From contig CDLV01000014.1 in NCBI GenBank assembly GCA_001244265.2, forward strand, positions 558,001 through 622,000: 64,000 nucleotides of DNA. Reading direction: 5' to 3'. Every line of letters begins with the position of its first letter. The first letter of the stretch is position 1. The notes under the pieces are model-generated. The model was not told the origin of the DNA, searched no databases, and saw only the letters and a list, made by a program, of their open reading frames with translations. Source of the DNA: Microbotryum violaceum (lineage: Eukaryota). Below are positions 12,483 through 26,500 of the stretch, one piece after another. The position numbers were made by a program, and so were the translations under genes.

Positions 12483-15400
12483 ATGGAACGCGTAGAGGCC
12501 CAAGCCATGCACATGCCCGAGCGTGCTCGAACAGGTACACCCCCGAGCCTCCGAGTCTGCGTCGCGCGGCAGCTTACGGCGTCACATTCGCGGCTGAACG
12601 CGTCGTCCCAAGCCTCGACCTCACGCGACGTACAAAGCCCCTCCCCAGTCCCCAGCTCGCCGGGCAGTCTATTGTCGACCGTCACCGGGAACACGGAATC
12701 GACAGCGGCGAGCCAGATCGAGCATGCGAGGCCCGAGAAGCGGGTCAGCTATTACGTGCTTTCGCTCGACGAGATGTTGGACAAGGTTCTTGAAGCCGAA
12801 GCTTTCCTTTTTGACGCGAGCGAACGCGACGCCCTGCATTATGTTCGTTCGCTTGACTGCAAGTCGAGCCCTATTGCCGGTCTATCGCGAAGATGTCTTG
12901 CCATGACTGACCTGGAGTGTACCGCACTTTCGGCTAGATCAAGCGAGGTATCTGCTCGTGCGACTGTATCTTCGCAAGGCGGGATGGATTCGCGTGGGTT
13001 TGATCGGGTACGCCAACGACATCGATGATGTGCACGGGACTGCTCGCGTTCTGGGGCGTGTGCGCGATCTTGCACCCGGTTCGGCACCGGCTTCAACTCC
13101 TCCTGGCCCGAAATCCCCGCCTTTGAAGCGGGAGGTCGATTCCCGGACCAGAGCGGATCCAAATGTGGTCGACTTGACGGGAACGGATGACGAAGACGAC
13201 GAAGACACGGACGGTGGGGGCAGCAAAGATAACGGCGAAGCACACGAGATACTCATTTTGGACCAAAATGAGCTACCACAAGCTCTCGACCTAAAGCAAA
13301 TTTGCTGGAACAGCGACAATCTCGCGAATGCGAGCCCGGACGTCGTGCTGAGCTTGTTGACCATGGACGAGCTCGTGACGCTTGGAAAGGGGATGAAAGT
13401 AAATTCGGGGAAGGGACTTGTGAGTCGACAGCAGAACGAGCCGTCTAAGCTTACGATCCATCCCAGCTGATGGTCGGGCCTGGCTCCAGAGAGGTGACTG
13501 GACGTCCGCCCTCCTTCGAACTTCCAACCAAGCGACACTCTGCTTTCTACCGAGCACATCGCGAAGCAAGGAGAATGCTGTCGAGGCTAAGCGGCCCGCA
13601 GCGTTCGGAGTCAGCTACGATTCTCTCGGGAACAAGCACAAAGCGTCGAATGTCGTGTCCCGCCGAGCTCTGGCTACCATTGGTTCGTTAGTGGCTCGCG
13701 AAATCCCCGCATCAAGCCCACCACTGACCTATTCAAGAACGGTCTCTTGCAGGGGAGGTCGTACATCTGCATCCATCGTATCGTGCACTACTGGATCGCC
13801 TTTGCCTAGTATACCACCGCACATCGTACACATCCGGCTCCTCCGCTTCCTCCTTCACAGCCAATCTTCTGGCGCGATTCGGGAAACGGCATTATCCGGT
13901 ATATATGGTGCGAAGGACGTTCTCAATCTTCGCGTCTCGTGCCATACTGAGGCAGTACGAACGCGCACTCGAGGTCGAGCGCACGATCGAGGAACACTTG
14001 GGCGATGCAGGGTGGGGCTCATCGTCAGCTCCTACCCCGAGCCGAGCCGCCATCGCCGCCGAGCGAGCCAAATCAACCGAGCAGCGCAGTCGAGACCGAG
14101 AGAACGGTCATCGAATGGCGATCGCGCTGTTTGATGAGGTCGAGGGCACGTGGCGACGGATGTGCCGGGACGCTGAAAGCGAGACAACGGCCGGGGCAGA
14201 GAGCACTGAAGAGCGTCTGCTTTACTACCGCCGACAATTTCATCCGGGTGAGCCAGGAACGGCGAATGGTGGCACCAAGATGCGCAGGCGTTGACGGCTT
14301 TTTTCTGAACCAGGTTGGCCACTCACACGAGTCGCTTACAAGGCTGCCGGTGTTCTCGCTCGACTGGTAAGTCCAAATGGCCTCATTAGCTAGAACCGTT
14401 CGCCGAATTTACCCGGAGCACTCGTACAGGGGCGGCATGACCGCGAAGTCGAACTGCTGCGCACTCTCTTGGCACAGAGGGCGTTTCGCCGGGGCAAGCG
14501 CGGCGACTGGTGGGATCGTCTGGCACTGGTGATGATGCGTTATCCACTCGGAGACGAGGCCAAAGGCGATTGTTCCCTCAAGAAGAAGGCTCGCTTGGCA
14601 AAGCAACGCAAACTCGACGCGCTGCAAGTCTGTATCGACGGTCTCGCCGATCCTTACACCCACTTAATCTACCGATCTTCCCTGCAACGCCGAATCTTGC
14701 GGATCGAGTCGTCACTAGACATTCCCAAAGAGGAGCGTCGCCGTTTCGAGGGTCTGCTGAGAAAAGCTAGCGACCGACTGATGGAAGGGGAGCGTCTGGA
14801 CGAACCGACAATCGGACGCAAGTCGGTCTGGCGCGCCACCGACGGCTCCGAGTGTTCGGTCGAGGATTTGGTCCTGGAGCAATATGGCAAGGAGGGATGG
14901 AAGGGGTATCATTCCGAGAACGGAATTTTGTCCACGATCTTCACTCTCTGCTTCTGGGACATCATCTTTGCAGATGTGAACGGCGCGTTTGAAACTGAAT
15001 ATCAGTCGGCCCCCCTCGATCTTCGTTCGGACGCATTCTCGATCGGTCAGTCCCAGGCGCTCTGCAGAAGATTTGAAGAGGCGGATTAACCCTGGAAGTA
15101 CTTGTTACCCCCGGGCACGATTGTAGTGAGAAGGCAAATGATCGATGCTCGATTGACCGCTATTGAGAACGGTGGGGCGGTCAAACTCCTCACAGAGGTG
15201 GATGATCGAGAACGACCTCAAGATACATGGGCTGTTGGCGTCAACTTTGCAAAGTTCACCAAGCAGGATCTCATCGAAGTGGTCGAGGTGAGTCACTGAG
15301 CAACACCAGCTCTCGCCAAGCCCTCACCGCTGACGTAAAGGTGCCTCCACAGTGCATTGGGGGTCCAGGCTTGGCGGTCTTATCCACACATTTTGCGGAA

Positions 15401-15751
15401 GAGTACGGGCATAAAACGGGTGGAATGCCAGATCTCTGGTGAGCACAATCAGAGTCGGACGGGCCATTGTGGTAGCTCGGCTAGCCAGCTTACATGCCCA
15501 TCACGCGTGGTTTTGGGAACCACAGTATCTGGAACGTTGAAAAGAGTGTCTGCAAATTCGTTGAAGTCAAGGGTCCCGGCGATAAGCTCTCCGAAACGCA
15601 GCGGGTCTGGCTGGACGTGCTGCTCCGTGCAGGCCTTGAAGTAGAGGTCTGCCGGGTGGTCACCACGGACGATATGTTGGAGATGGATCGCGGCTCGTCA
15701 GCCTTGGGCCCGGCAAAGCGACGGAAGGTCGCGTCTAATAGCGATAGCTAG
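12483..15751 (+). CDS. FAN1: Fanconi-associated nuclease 1 (VRR-NUC domain), multi-exon
   Basis: YLLVRLYLRK, RGKRGDWWDRLAL, SVEDLVLEQY..WKGYHSENGI..FWDIIF..FETEYQSAPLDL, GGMPDL..FVEVKGPGDKLSETQRVWLDVL (PD-(D/E)xK). Confidence 0.93.
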
Positions 15752-15877
15752 GCGGGTGCCCGTTGAAGGCCTAGGAAACGCTTCTGCATCGTAGCGCGAA
15801 GATGCCGTCTCGACCATTCAGACTCGGGAACAGATGAGTAGGCACTTTTTATTGGCAATGATGTTCTCTTGTTCTAT

Positions 15878-17097
15878 TCATTCGTCCATGAGGCTGTGTG
15901 TTCGGTTATGCCATTGAGCACCCATGCTGTCTGTGCGAAGTTCCTGCACCTGAAACTCACACTTTTTTGGCCTCGGCAAAGATACCATCTATCTCATCGG
16001 TCCTCTTCTTGGTTGCAGCGTCGAGCTATTCCAGCGAAGACAAAAGGTATTCGAGGTCAGATTGAAGGTTACCTATTCGCTTGGACTCGTGATTTCATCG
16101 CATGGTGGACGGAGTGCCTACATTTTTGCCGTCAGACCGGGCCTCTTCCTTGCTAACTGAGGACGTCGACAGGTCTTGCTTGATCTCCTTCTGCCCCCTA
16201 GTCCGCAAGTTCCGAACAGCTATACGAGCCGCCTCGCAGGCATCAGACGCCTGCCGAGTCATTGCCTTTCGCTTCTCCCAGGTAGGCGCAGGTATCGGCA
16301 CCAGCAAGGAAGACGCCGAGTGACTTTGCGGAGTGAGGGAAAGCGGCGAAGCATACAGTGCTGCAGAGACTGCTTTCATGAACTGTGTAAGGATTTACGT
16401 CAATTAGAAATCCGGTCATCCCACACTTGATGAGCAAACTTCAGAGGACATGGCGTTACTCACTGACTCGTCGAACAGATGTACCACCAAGTCGCGACCG
16501 CCCTTCACCGACACGGTTCCAAATTCAGCCAACGGTCTTCGCTTGCCCGATTCTTCGACTTTGATATCGTTGAGTAGCTCTGCTCATACCGTTGGGCGGA
16601 TTAAATGTGGATATGTGCAGCATGTCAGCCTTGACTTTGGACGTCAGCAATTCGCAACCGATGCGGCGATGTGTCGCACCCGGTGAGACTCGTCCCACCC
16701 GACCAACAACCGCTTTGAGCGAAACCCTGAGCTTGTCTACCGCCTCGTCCATGCTCGCCTCCAGCGTTTTGAGGTCGCACACACCCAGGTTCTCGTCATT
16801 CGTTAACTGTTGCGCCTGTACGAACTTGGCTTTCCCTTTACCTCTCTTGGTGTCCGCATCTGATGATGTCACATCCTCTGCGGGTTCGGACACTTTGGAT
16901 GTCGCCTTCTTGGATTTTCCTTTGGCGTAGCTTCGAATAGACCCGAGAACTACCCCTTGCCCATGGGGCGTGAAGATCGGCTGTCGAGAAGGGAGGTTGA
17001 GGCAAGTGCATGCCGCGGAAGCACGGGTGCGGGTGCGGGTGCGGGCCGCGAGAGTGGAGCCAAGGCCGGAGGCAATCCGAGCGATACGCCACGACAT
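15878..17097 (-). CDS. RRF1: Mitochondrial ribosome recycling factor, spliced
   Basis: Arg-rich presequence; SMDEAVDKLRVSL..VGRVSP..LLVPIPAPTWEKR..CEAARIAVRNLR..; final exons LDAATKKRTDEIDGIFAEAKKVLMDE*. Confidence 0.8.
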
Positions 17098-17608
17098 TGA
17101 AGTTGAGAATCAGATGTACTCCGTCGAAATCCGGACCGGACCGGTCGACCAACAAGCCAACGAGGTGGTTGGAACACAAGTTGTAAGCGTCGCTCCTAGT
17201 CTCTGCTCTAGCTTCGCAGTCGCGATCGGCCTCAGAGATCGTCCTAGCCGTAGGTTCAATCTGCGCAAGCTCAATCTCGGTTCAGCAGTAAGGTCGGGGC
17301 AAGCCTAGCATTGAGAAGCTGCGGCGCATACACACCAACTTCGTCTTATTTCACGTTGCAGGCGGGTCGTCGCCGTCAAAGGTACGTCAATGAAAGCCTT
17401 GGGAGGTCAGGCAAGTGGGTCCAAGCTCAACGCACGCTGGGACCTCTACTCGACGGACGCGGTGTTTTGGCGACGCTCCGCGTAAGTAGAGGTTCCCACC
17501 CACTGTACAAACTGAACTTTTGCGGATACTTCATTACAAAGCGACAGCAAAACCCCATTAGCAGCACCCCCGAAAATACGCACTTTTTCCCAGCCGGTCT
17601 CAATTCCT

Positions 17609-19343
17609 TTATGCTCTGTTTGGAACGGCCATAAGCACCACTCCTACGGTGAGAAGTCCCACGACGCCGGCCAAAAGAGCCCCAACAGCGAGTCTCCACT
17701 GAGCCCGCACGACGTCCGGCGAAAATACCTTAGTGACCGGTCCCCATACCTGAGCTGAGGAAGGCACGAGGTTAAGCGTAGACACCTTCGACAAATAAGA
17801 TGGAGGACGCGAAGTAGTAGAGTTGACCCCAGCCGAGGCATCGGTTCTTTCCCACAGATAAGGCACAGTGAACGAAGGCTCGGGGCTACGATCTTTCTCG
17901 TCACCAGAGGCAGACTCTTCATACCAGGAAGAGCTGGACGAGCGAGGCGTAGCAGGACCCAGGTCAACGATAGAGTTTGATAGTACGGTCGGAGGCTCAG
18001 CCTCGTAGCGGAGCAGCTGCCGATCTTCTCCTAGCAGCCAGATGACCTTGATGGGTGGGAAGAGATTTCGTAAATAGGGAGGCGAATGCAGGGAGAGGGG
18101 TTAGAGTCTAGAGCACTTACGCCGCAGATGCGATTCACCGCCATCACCATAACCGCAGTACCAAACCAAATGAAGGGCAATCCTACAACTCGCCATGCGC
18201 GAGCATATCCTCCAATGATGCCGACGAGGGGCGGGATCATACCGAGCAAGAAGATCGACAAGCCGAGACAGAAGCAGAAGACGAGACGACGAGGACCGGC
18301 GTTGGCGACACAAGCCTTTGAATGCGCAGCCAAAGACCTGGGCAGGTGTGCCATGCTACGATGTCAGATGGGAGTCACTGTGATAGCACAACGAGCGAGG
18401 GCGCACCTGTGGAGACTGTGCAGTATCAAGCCCCGAGCCTCCTCAAAGTCTGCAGGATTACCGGATTGAGCCTCCACGAGCACCTTGGCACGAGTTGCAT
18501 CCGACAAATTGAGTTCAAGCGCTCCATCAGGAGTGAAAAATGCATCGAGGCCACGCTCGAGTGACTCGCGTAGCAGAGGCGGAAATTGCGTCAATGTACG
18601 AGAGGCATGAGGGTCGATGATCCGGGCATCGTTTGCCTCCTTAAGCGCCGTGGGGTCGCGCTGCCACGCATTCCATTCTTTCTCGTATTCGTTGAGCCCT
18701 GAGTGAGCGCACATCAAGAAGGTGTGTCAGTACTGTCTCCATCAATAAGACACAAACCTGGGTACTGCGCTGACGACAGGGACACGGGTTCGAGACCTTG
18801 CGCTGGCATCAACGTGAGGGCTCACGCGCGCTCACGTCAAAGGGCAACTTGGGGCCAGCTTGCTGCCATGCTGCCGCATCCCGGATCCCAGAGCGCGCCG
18901 CAGCCGAGCTCAGCAACCAGGAGCGCGCAAGGCTTGGAAGCACGCCCGCCGGTGGCCCCTGATAAGGACACCCTTCACGACACGGAGCGAGGAATCAAAT
19001 TGGGGAGAGTGTACTCACACAAAATGAAGTACAGATTCTCAGCAGCATGCTCCCTGAAAACGAGGTAGCCCTCAAAGTCCTTGAGCGACAAGGGCGACAA
19101 ATGCTTGTTCTCGATTACATCCGCGAGTCGCACGTCGTTCAAAGGAGTCGCACGCAGTGAACGCACGCTGCCAATCATACCCGAGGCCTTGGGGGGCGAG
19201 AAGATCCGGATCGGAAGGCGAAGGAGATACTTGAGATTGAATGCGTCGGTTTTGGCGGGTCGAGACGAAGCGGGCTGGGAAGCACGTGGGGGTGGCCGAA
19301 CCGTTGCCGCAGGGGCGGCAGGCGGGGGTGCAAGAGAGAACAT
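17609..19343 (-). CDS. Rax1-like RGS-domain membrane protein
   Basis: LADVIENKHLSPLSLKDFEGYLVFREHAAENLYF and FFTPDGALELNLS (RGS), followed by TM helices and C-terminal TKVFSPDVVRAQW..TM. Confidence 0.75.
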
Positions 19344-20526
19344 TGCAAACTTTTAATGCGGCAGTCGAGGGAGAGTGGCCGGATGTTGGGTTGAATTCAG
19401 TTGAAGGGAAGTGAGAGGGAGAAAGTGGAAGACGGGACAAGTACACTAGCCATTATTGTTTCCACACTCTTTTACCTTTCAGGCACGCTACCGAGTACCT
19501 TGGTGAGTGCCGGCCCCCGGATGGCGAGGGTCGAGCTCAGACGAGCTGACTGCGATTTAGAGTGGTTCGGTTCCGGTCCTATCGTAAACGAATCCGCGGC
19601 TCGCGCTCGCCGTGTTTCAGGCACACGGTACACAGCGCCTCCGCTCGGCTGCGCAAAATCCGGAGTCCGCGGTCTGGTCACGTGGAGCGCCTAACGCGGA
19701 GCTAGTACCTAGTAGGGTCAGAGTGACTGCCTAGTCGGTTGAGGGGGGAACATAGGCAGAGGTACTAGGTAGCTTGGTAGTCAACGCGGTTCCGATCTGG
19801 GTACCTACCGCCGTTTAGGTCGGCCTAAGGTAGATAGTAGGCAGCTAGAGAGGGACCCAGGCGACTAACACGGCTCCTCTCCGAGAGTCTTAGCCTCTCT
19901 CGGATTTGGACCGCTGAAACACTTCGGATCCGGCCCCGCAGCTCCTAGGGTCCCACTTCCCCCAATCCGTCCTTCCTTCAAAGGGGTCCGGAGTTAAAAT
20001 TTGTCGAACTTCGCCCGCGATATGCGGCCAGATGGGCGGACTGTTGCCAGCAGAGATAGGAAGGTACCTATCGTACGGGACTTAGCAAAACACAGAGCGT
20101 TGTAGAGGGACCCAAATATTCTCCTGGCCTAAGGAGTGGAATGTGCCCTACTACCAGAATAGCAGTGCACAGGGGTACCGTCACTCGCGCCTTTCCCGGG
20201 GTGCCACACCCAGCAATTTAGCGGCCGCTCGGTACCGGCATCGCCACCAACGGCGGGCAGTATAGGACCCGGTCCCTTCTCCAAGTTGGAATGTAATTTA
20301 GCGATCCGACGGTTACCACTTTGTATGCCTGTCACATGTGCCGCGATTCCGGCGCCTCCTCACTTTCGTGCTCTAAATTCGTGGCGAAATGCGTCCCGTT
20401 TGATATTCGCTTGGACTCAGAGGGAAAAAACTGCGTGTGCATCTCCCACAGGCAAAATAAACAGAGTTGTATTTCCCACGGACAAGATACACAGAGCATG
20501 GAATGATTCGTCAAGCCTCCACATCA

Positions 20527-23500
20527 TCACGCATAATTGTCATCGAGATCGGCCACGTTTTCGTCCTCCTCTCCGATGTTTCCAAACGAAGCAAAGTGAG
20601 TGGGACGATGGATAGGATCCCAGTAGGCGCTAGGTCGACCAACCAAAGATATCGAGTATGGCATTGTTGGGGTGAAGCTGGCACCGAGGCCAACCGAGTA
20701 GTTCCACACATCACCCACGGGGGCAAAGACTGAGCCCAAAATGCGATCGGACAGCAGCAATTGAGCTCGATCGCACATGGAGGCGGGGTTGTAACCGGCG
20801 GGGGCATTCGGATCAGCAGTGCGACCCCACTCAAACCCTTTGGGCGTCAAGGCGTAGGCCGACATTGAGAGTGAGCCAGGGGTGAAGGCGACGGTGAGCA
20901 TCATCGAGGATCCGTCGATTTCGGCGTGCTGAGCCATGAGCTTGGCATACAAGCACGCGTCCGAGGGCGTGAGCGACTGCGTCTCTTGTGCTTGCGTCGA
21001 GATGATGCCCACGATCTTCATATCAGCAAGAAGCGGGTGCGAAGGCAAGTCCGCCGCAAGTTCGACGGAACGCTGGCTCGCACGCTGCGGAACGATGGCC
21101 ACGGCCTTGACTTCGACCACACGGGTGTTATCGGGGGCGACGATACCATAAAGATATGCGGCAACGGGTGTACGGAGGTCGGCAGCGCATACGAACGATT
21201 TCATGATATTCTTCGCCAGAACGAATGTCGGAAGGTCGTCCTTAACGTCATCGTTGGTCACGTACACGTGTTGCAAGCGCAGCGGGATATTGGTTGACGA
21301 GATCGCACGAACGCGCCAATCCGTCTTGGATGAGAACACCTGTTGCTCGTAGGCCGTGGTAGTGACGGTCTGTATCTCGTCACCCTGAATGTTCGTGGTC
21401 CGTGTCTGAATCGCTGTCACCTGGGCAGCTGCTTCGGCGGATTTCTCGATTTCCGCCATTTGCTGTCGTTGTATCGATGGTGCCGAGATCTCCATACCCA
21501 GAATGATATCTCGGATTTCGGAGCTAGTCAAAGACGCCGTATTGACCGAGTTACGCTTAGCGTAATCGCTGAGAATGAGATCGCGCAGGGCCACCTCGAC
21601 TCGCATCCATTCATCATCTTCCAGCGTAGGCCAAACGTGATGAGGCGCCGTGACCGTGTTCTTGTTGGGACGCAGAATGATCTTTGCCTTCTCGTTGTTG
21701 ACGTGCACCGATCGCAAAAGCAGGATGAGGCGCGAGAATGCCGTGTACGAGGAGATCGACTTTAGCCAGCCATCATACAGATTGGCGAGCACCATCTGGG
21801 GTTGCGTTGCTCGTAGAATCTGAGGATCGTCGTGGCCATCAGGGCCAAGTTAGTACCTCGCCGCAGGAGCCCTCGAGAATGCTTTCGATGACCCACCAAG
21901 TCACCAAACTTTTCCAGCTTCATGCAGGCTTGGAACGGGAGCTGGAGTTCCGACCCTTTGATGACGATGTTGGGAAAATCGAGTAGATGCACTTCAAGAG
22001 GGTCGAGCATGCCTTTGCGGGTAACGATGACTTGTTTGGGCTGCTCTTCGACTGGTAGGGAGCGAATCAGAGCAGCCACCTCTTCGGCCGTCTTCCACTT
22101 AGCCAATTGACCCAGACGCTTCTGACCTGCCCAAACTGATGTGTGAATGATCTTGATGAAGGCTTGGCCGGTACGTGGATTGAAAATGAAGATTGCGCCG
22201 TTGATCGGTTTGGTAGTCAAGTTGCCCTCGAAGGTCTTGTGGATGGTGACGCGATACACTTGGGTATCGTCAACAAACCAGATGATTTGATTGCTGAAGA
22301 GCTCGGAGTAGTTCTGCGAGTTGAGGTACGGCTCGGTCGGCTCCGACGAATACAGCTGAAGCCCTTTGCGAATGCGTTCGCGCAAGACGTAGAGTGCCGG
22401 GTTCGCTTTCATAATCTTGGCCATGGCTTGTTGAACCAGTGGCTTCATCCCCGGAATCCAATTACCGTAGGCTGAATGTAAGTTGTAGGCCAAGTCAAGC
22501 GCGATGAGCGTACCGGTCGGTGAGGGGTAAATCGACATGTTGTCGGACGAATAATCGAGGAACTTGGCGCGGGAGTAACGCTCAATGTCGTGCGAGTCAA
22601 AGTCTCCCCAACGCAATTGTATATCTAACCAATACTTGGAACTTGTCGTGCCATCGAGTTGGTCCTTCGAGTCCGTTAGGAGGGACGGGCTCGTGACGTT
22701 CCACTTGTACGACGAAAACAGCAGAATATCGGCACAGGATGAGTTCATCTTGTAGGATTTGCGAGGGTGGATGGTTTCCTTCTGCACAGTTTCGATCTGC
22801 AAGGCTTCCAGCTCTTGGTCGAGTACCTGACACAGGTCCATGACGACCGATTCGTGTATTTTTTGCCACAGATGGGCTCGGAAGATTTGAATAAGCGAAA
22901 TCTTGAGGGTTGGGATCTTGCCATGCATGAAGATTCCGGTGAGATCGAGCTGGACCTGGAAACCGACGTAGACGTTGGCACGGTTGATGGTTGGGGACCA
23001 CCACAGCGTGAATCGACGGTTCGGGATTTGATTCAAGCCGGATCGTTGCGCGTTGGTGAGCTTCTTGTTCTTCATCGATTCCTCAAAACCAGACGCTTTC
23101 TCCCAGAACAGGCCTTCCCAGGTCGGGAATGCCGTCGCTTTGAAGAGACAATGCTCCAGAATCCCTTCGACACCGCCCAAGGCAGCGATCACATCAACCC
23201 GGTACGCCCCCAGATGATGAAGTCGACCGTCATGGCGCTGTGAAGTCCAAGCGAACGGGTCGAATTTGAGCAACTGATATTGCTTCCAGTGCGAGCGGAC
23301 GCGCCAGCCCTTGTCGTATGCAAGCGTATGACGATCCTTTTGGAAGAGGGTGTTGATGCGAGGGATGCCGCGGTCCCAGCTGTCCTCGAGATCCTCCAGC
23401 GTCAAACGGCGGTTCTGAGCCGATGCTTCTTTGCGTTTGAGAGCGTATTCGGACCATACGCGCGCTGAATCAAGGAATTCACTCTCCCAAGGCTGAATGT

Positions 23501-26500
23501 AGCGATACAAATTCGGGATGAGCGTATCCTCGGCATGCGACATTCCGGAGCGGAAATGCGTGATGCCTGTGTCCGTCTGCTTGCTCCAGCGAAGGTCGGA
23601 GGCGGGGATGAGGATGTGACCCATCGACAGCATGCCAAGACCACCTAGCTCCTTCGGACTATAGAAGACCTATATAAGGGGGAAGAAGGGACGCCAATCA
23701 GGATTGTTGGAGATTACAGGATGACCAAGTCGGGCACAGCAGCTTCACTTACCACAGGAGGGAATCGGGATGGCATCTTCGAGTTGAGACCAATCTTTAC
23801 GCGCGTCTGCACTTTGTTCTCCGCCTTCACGAGCAGGTCGAGCATCTCATTCGTGTGAATGACGGCTTCGCGGTAATACGTCATGAGTCCAATAATAGCC
23901 GTGTTCCTGAGGGAGAAGGCGAAAGGTCGAAAGGTGTACACGTATAAGCATCGACCTGCTCAGCCCAAAAACGCGGTCGCCGACGACGTACCACTTGTTG
24001 ATGATCTTCGAAAAGGTTGTGGCTCCAGAGGACATAAGGATCTGGCGAATCCGATCACTGAATTGCTTGATTCCCTGTGCGCTCGAAATTGTTTAGACAT
24101 GTTAGTTGCAGCGATCCAAGGCCAGGATAAAATGGCATCGAGGAGGCGAACCTGGTCGGAGACGCGAAGGAATGCGTGGGCCGTGCGTTCTTTGGTGGCG
24201 TCATTTTGCAGTGCCCAGGTTCCCTAAAGACCGGAAGACAAAATCAACTTCGCAGTCCCAAACCTGGCAACAGTTTCTGCTTTACTCACATCCTTGAGAG
24301 TGAAAGCCTCGTTAGACACACGACACGTTGGCAGGATACGAACCTCGAACCCTTGCATCGCGAAGAGCAACTGAGGATTGTCCTTCGAGTACACGGAAAC
24401 GTAGGTATCGTCCCATTCGATCGTGGTGAGCGATCGCGGCAGCGAATTTTTGACCTGTGTCAGTTCAACCCGCTTCGTCAGTTACTCAGCCCGAATGGAC
24501 TGCTGCTCCATACGCTGTCAACAAGTCCGCACCAAGTCAAACACAGCTCGACCAAGATTGACGTCATGTTTGATGAGCCGCATACGACAATCGCGAGGCC
24601 AGCATTTTTTGTTGTTGTAACCAATGAGACTACGCCGCGTGGCACAAGGCGATGTCAGTGACGCCGTTGACTCGGACCCCTCAGCTGAATATTGGAAGCC
24701 TCAAATGTCGTCCCTGACTCACTTCTCATTGTTGGGATCGGGATTAGCAGACAGATATCGTTGGATCAGGTCGCGCGACTCATCAGCAGTAAATCGGAAC
24801 ATGATGTGAATCTTGTCCACGTAACGCGAGTAGAGTCGAATCGGATGGTGCGTCTCCGTAGCGGTGTCCCGGAACTGCAAGAAATTGTTGGGCGTCTGCG
24901 GAGGACCCGCCATTTCGCTCGCGCGTTGCAGCCCAAGGATGAGAATATCGAGCACAAGGCCGTAGTACTGCGGTGTGGGTGTGAAGGGCGGCGGGGCGAG
25001 GGGCCACTCGAGTCAGCTACTTGTTCAGTTGCTGATTCAGCGGGAAGTAAGGTTTTGGATTACCTGGAAGATAAAGGACGAGAACTGAAGGCCCCGAATC
25101 ATTCCATATGCATTGACGTGAGACATATCCTTGTAGGTCAGGACAATGTTGTTCTTGCTCGTGCAGTAATCGGCCTGCGAATGAGCGAAATGGAGGAATG
25201 GAGAACAGGCATTGTCAAGACACTACTGCATTCGCCTTGTGAGAACAAAGAGCAAAATGCTTACCAGGTTGTGATCCATGATCAGCCGCAACAGACGGTT
25301 GAGCAGTGTCAAGTCGATTTTCTCGTAAACCTTGGAAAGTTGAGTTTCCATCAGAACGTTACATTCGCCTTCACTCGTTTCCCATACATCGTGCAGATTG
25401 TTGATGCCTTGAGCCCACTTGTACACTAACAGGGGAGGCGGCTCCGTGTCGGCCGGCTTGATCCAGGACGGGAAAAGCCCTCGCTTGTCGGCTTCGAAGT
25501 AGAGGAACTGATCAAGATAGGCGTCCGTGATCTTCTCCATCGGCTCGATGTCGTAGCAAGGAATAAGCTTCTCGTACGTGTCAAAGAACTCAATTCCGGC
25601 TTCTTTGAATGCGCGCTGGGTCAGCAAAAGGCGTTTGATGCGGGACAGAGTCTCGTGAGGGTTGTCGTAGGCCTGTTCGACCAGGGCGAGCTCTTCGCGC
25701 TGGGACTGATTCAGGCGACCTTTGACAGAATATGCCTCCTTGAGTCGTTCGAGGGCGAGCACCAGTAGCTTTGTGTCGTGTTTGTAGGACAATGGGGGAA
25801 ATGGCATTGGCGCGAACTTCCGAGACTCGAGCCAATGTACGGTCGCGGAATAGATCGCTACGGCCTCTTCAGAAGAGACGTACGGACCATCCTTCAGATA
25901 CGAGTTTTGGCGTTCCTGCTCCGCTTTGAGGTACAGTCGAGTCAATCGCCCAAGATTCTTCTTGGCAACCGTCTTGTCCACCGTCGCACCGCGGCGGATT
26001 CGCTCGCGATTGTAATGCGCGACCGACGTCCACCAGTCCGATTTGGCCTTGACGAAACGCAAGATAATGTTTTCGATCGCTGTAGGCATTCCTGGCACCT
26101 TCCAAGGGATGTTTGCCTCTGAGAATGATTCAGATAATTTGGGTCAGCGATGGTCTTCCGGTTCCGATGCGCCAATCTCGCACGTCCCAGTGATCACCAA
26201 GGAAGCAAGGCAGAAGCATATTGACTTACTCCACTACACCGCGTAGAGCGCCGGAACACGAGACGGAAAAATGATTCGTAAAAAGAGAGTTATTGTATGA
26301 GGTCAGTCCTGTGAACACTGAACCGAATCTCGATCCGTAAACTCTAGGGGTCGGTCCCGTCGACTCGGAACTCACACAACGCCACGCCTCAGACAAATGC
26401 TGCAAAATCGTTTTCGACTTGTTTTGCTTGATTCCTTCTGGCATCATGTCGAGAATATCGTGCATCACTGCCGCGCGGAGTTCGAGATCGAAATGCGACT

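Noticed and set aside
19700-20100. Recurrent TAGGTA/TACCTA words in intergenic DNA (also ~31010, ~57000, ~57780)
   Set aside because: No regular spacing; cannot distinguish from compositional bias without genome-wide counts
23060-23130. Prp8 intein
   Set aside because: The usual fungal insertion site [11 protein letters not shown] is uninterrupted, and I saw no intein-sized in-frame insert elsewhere
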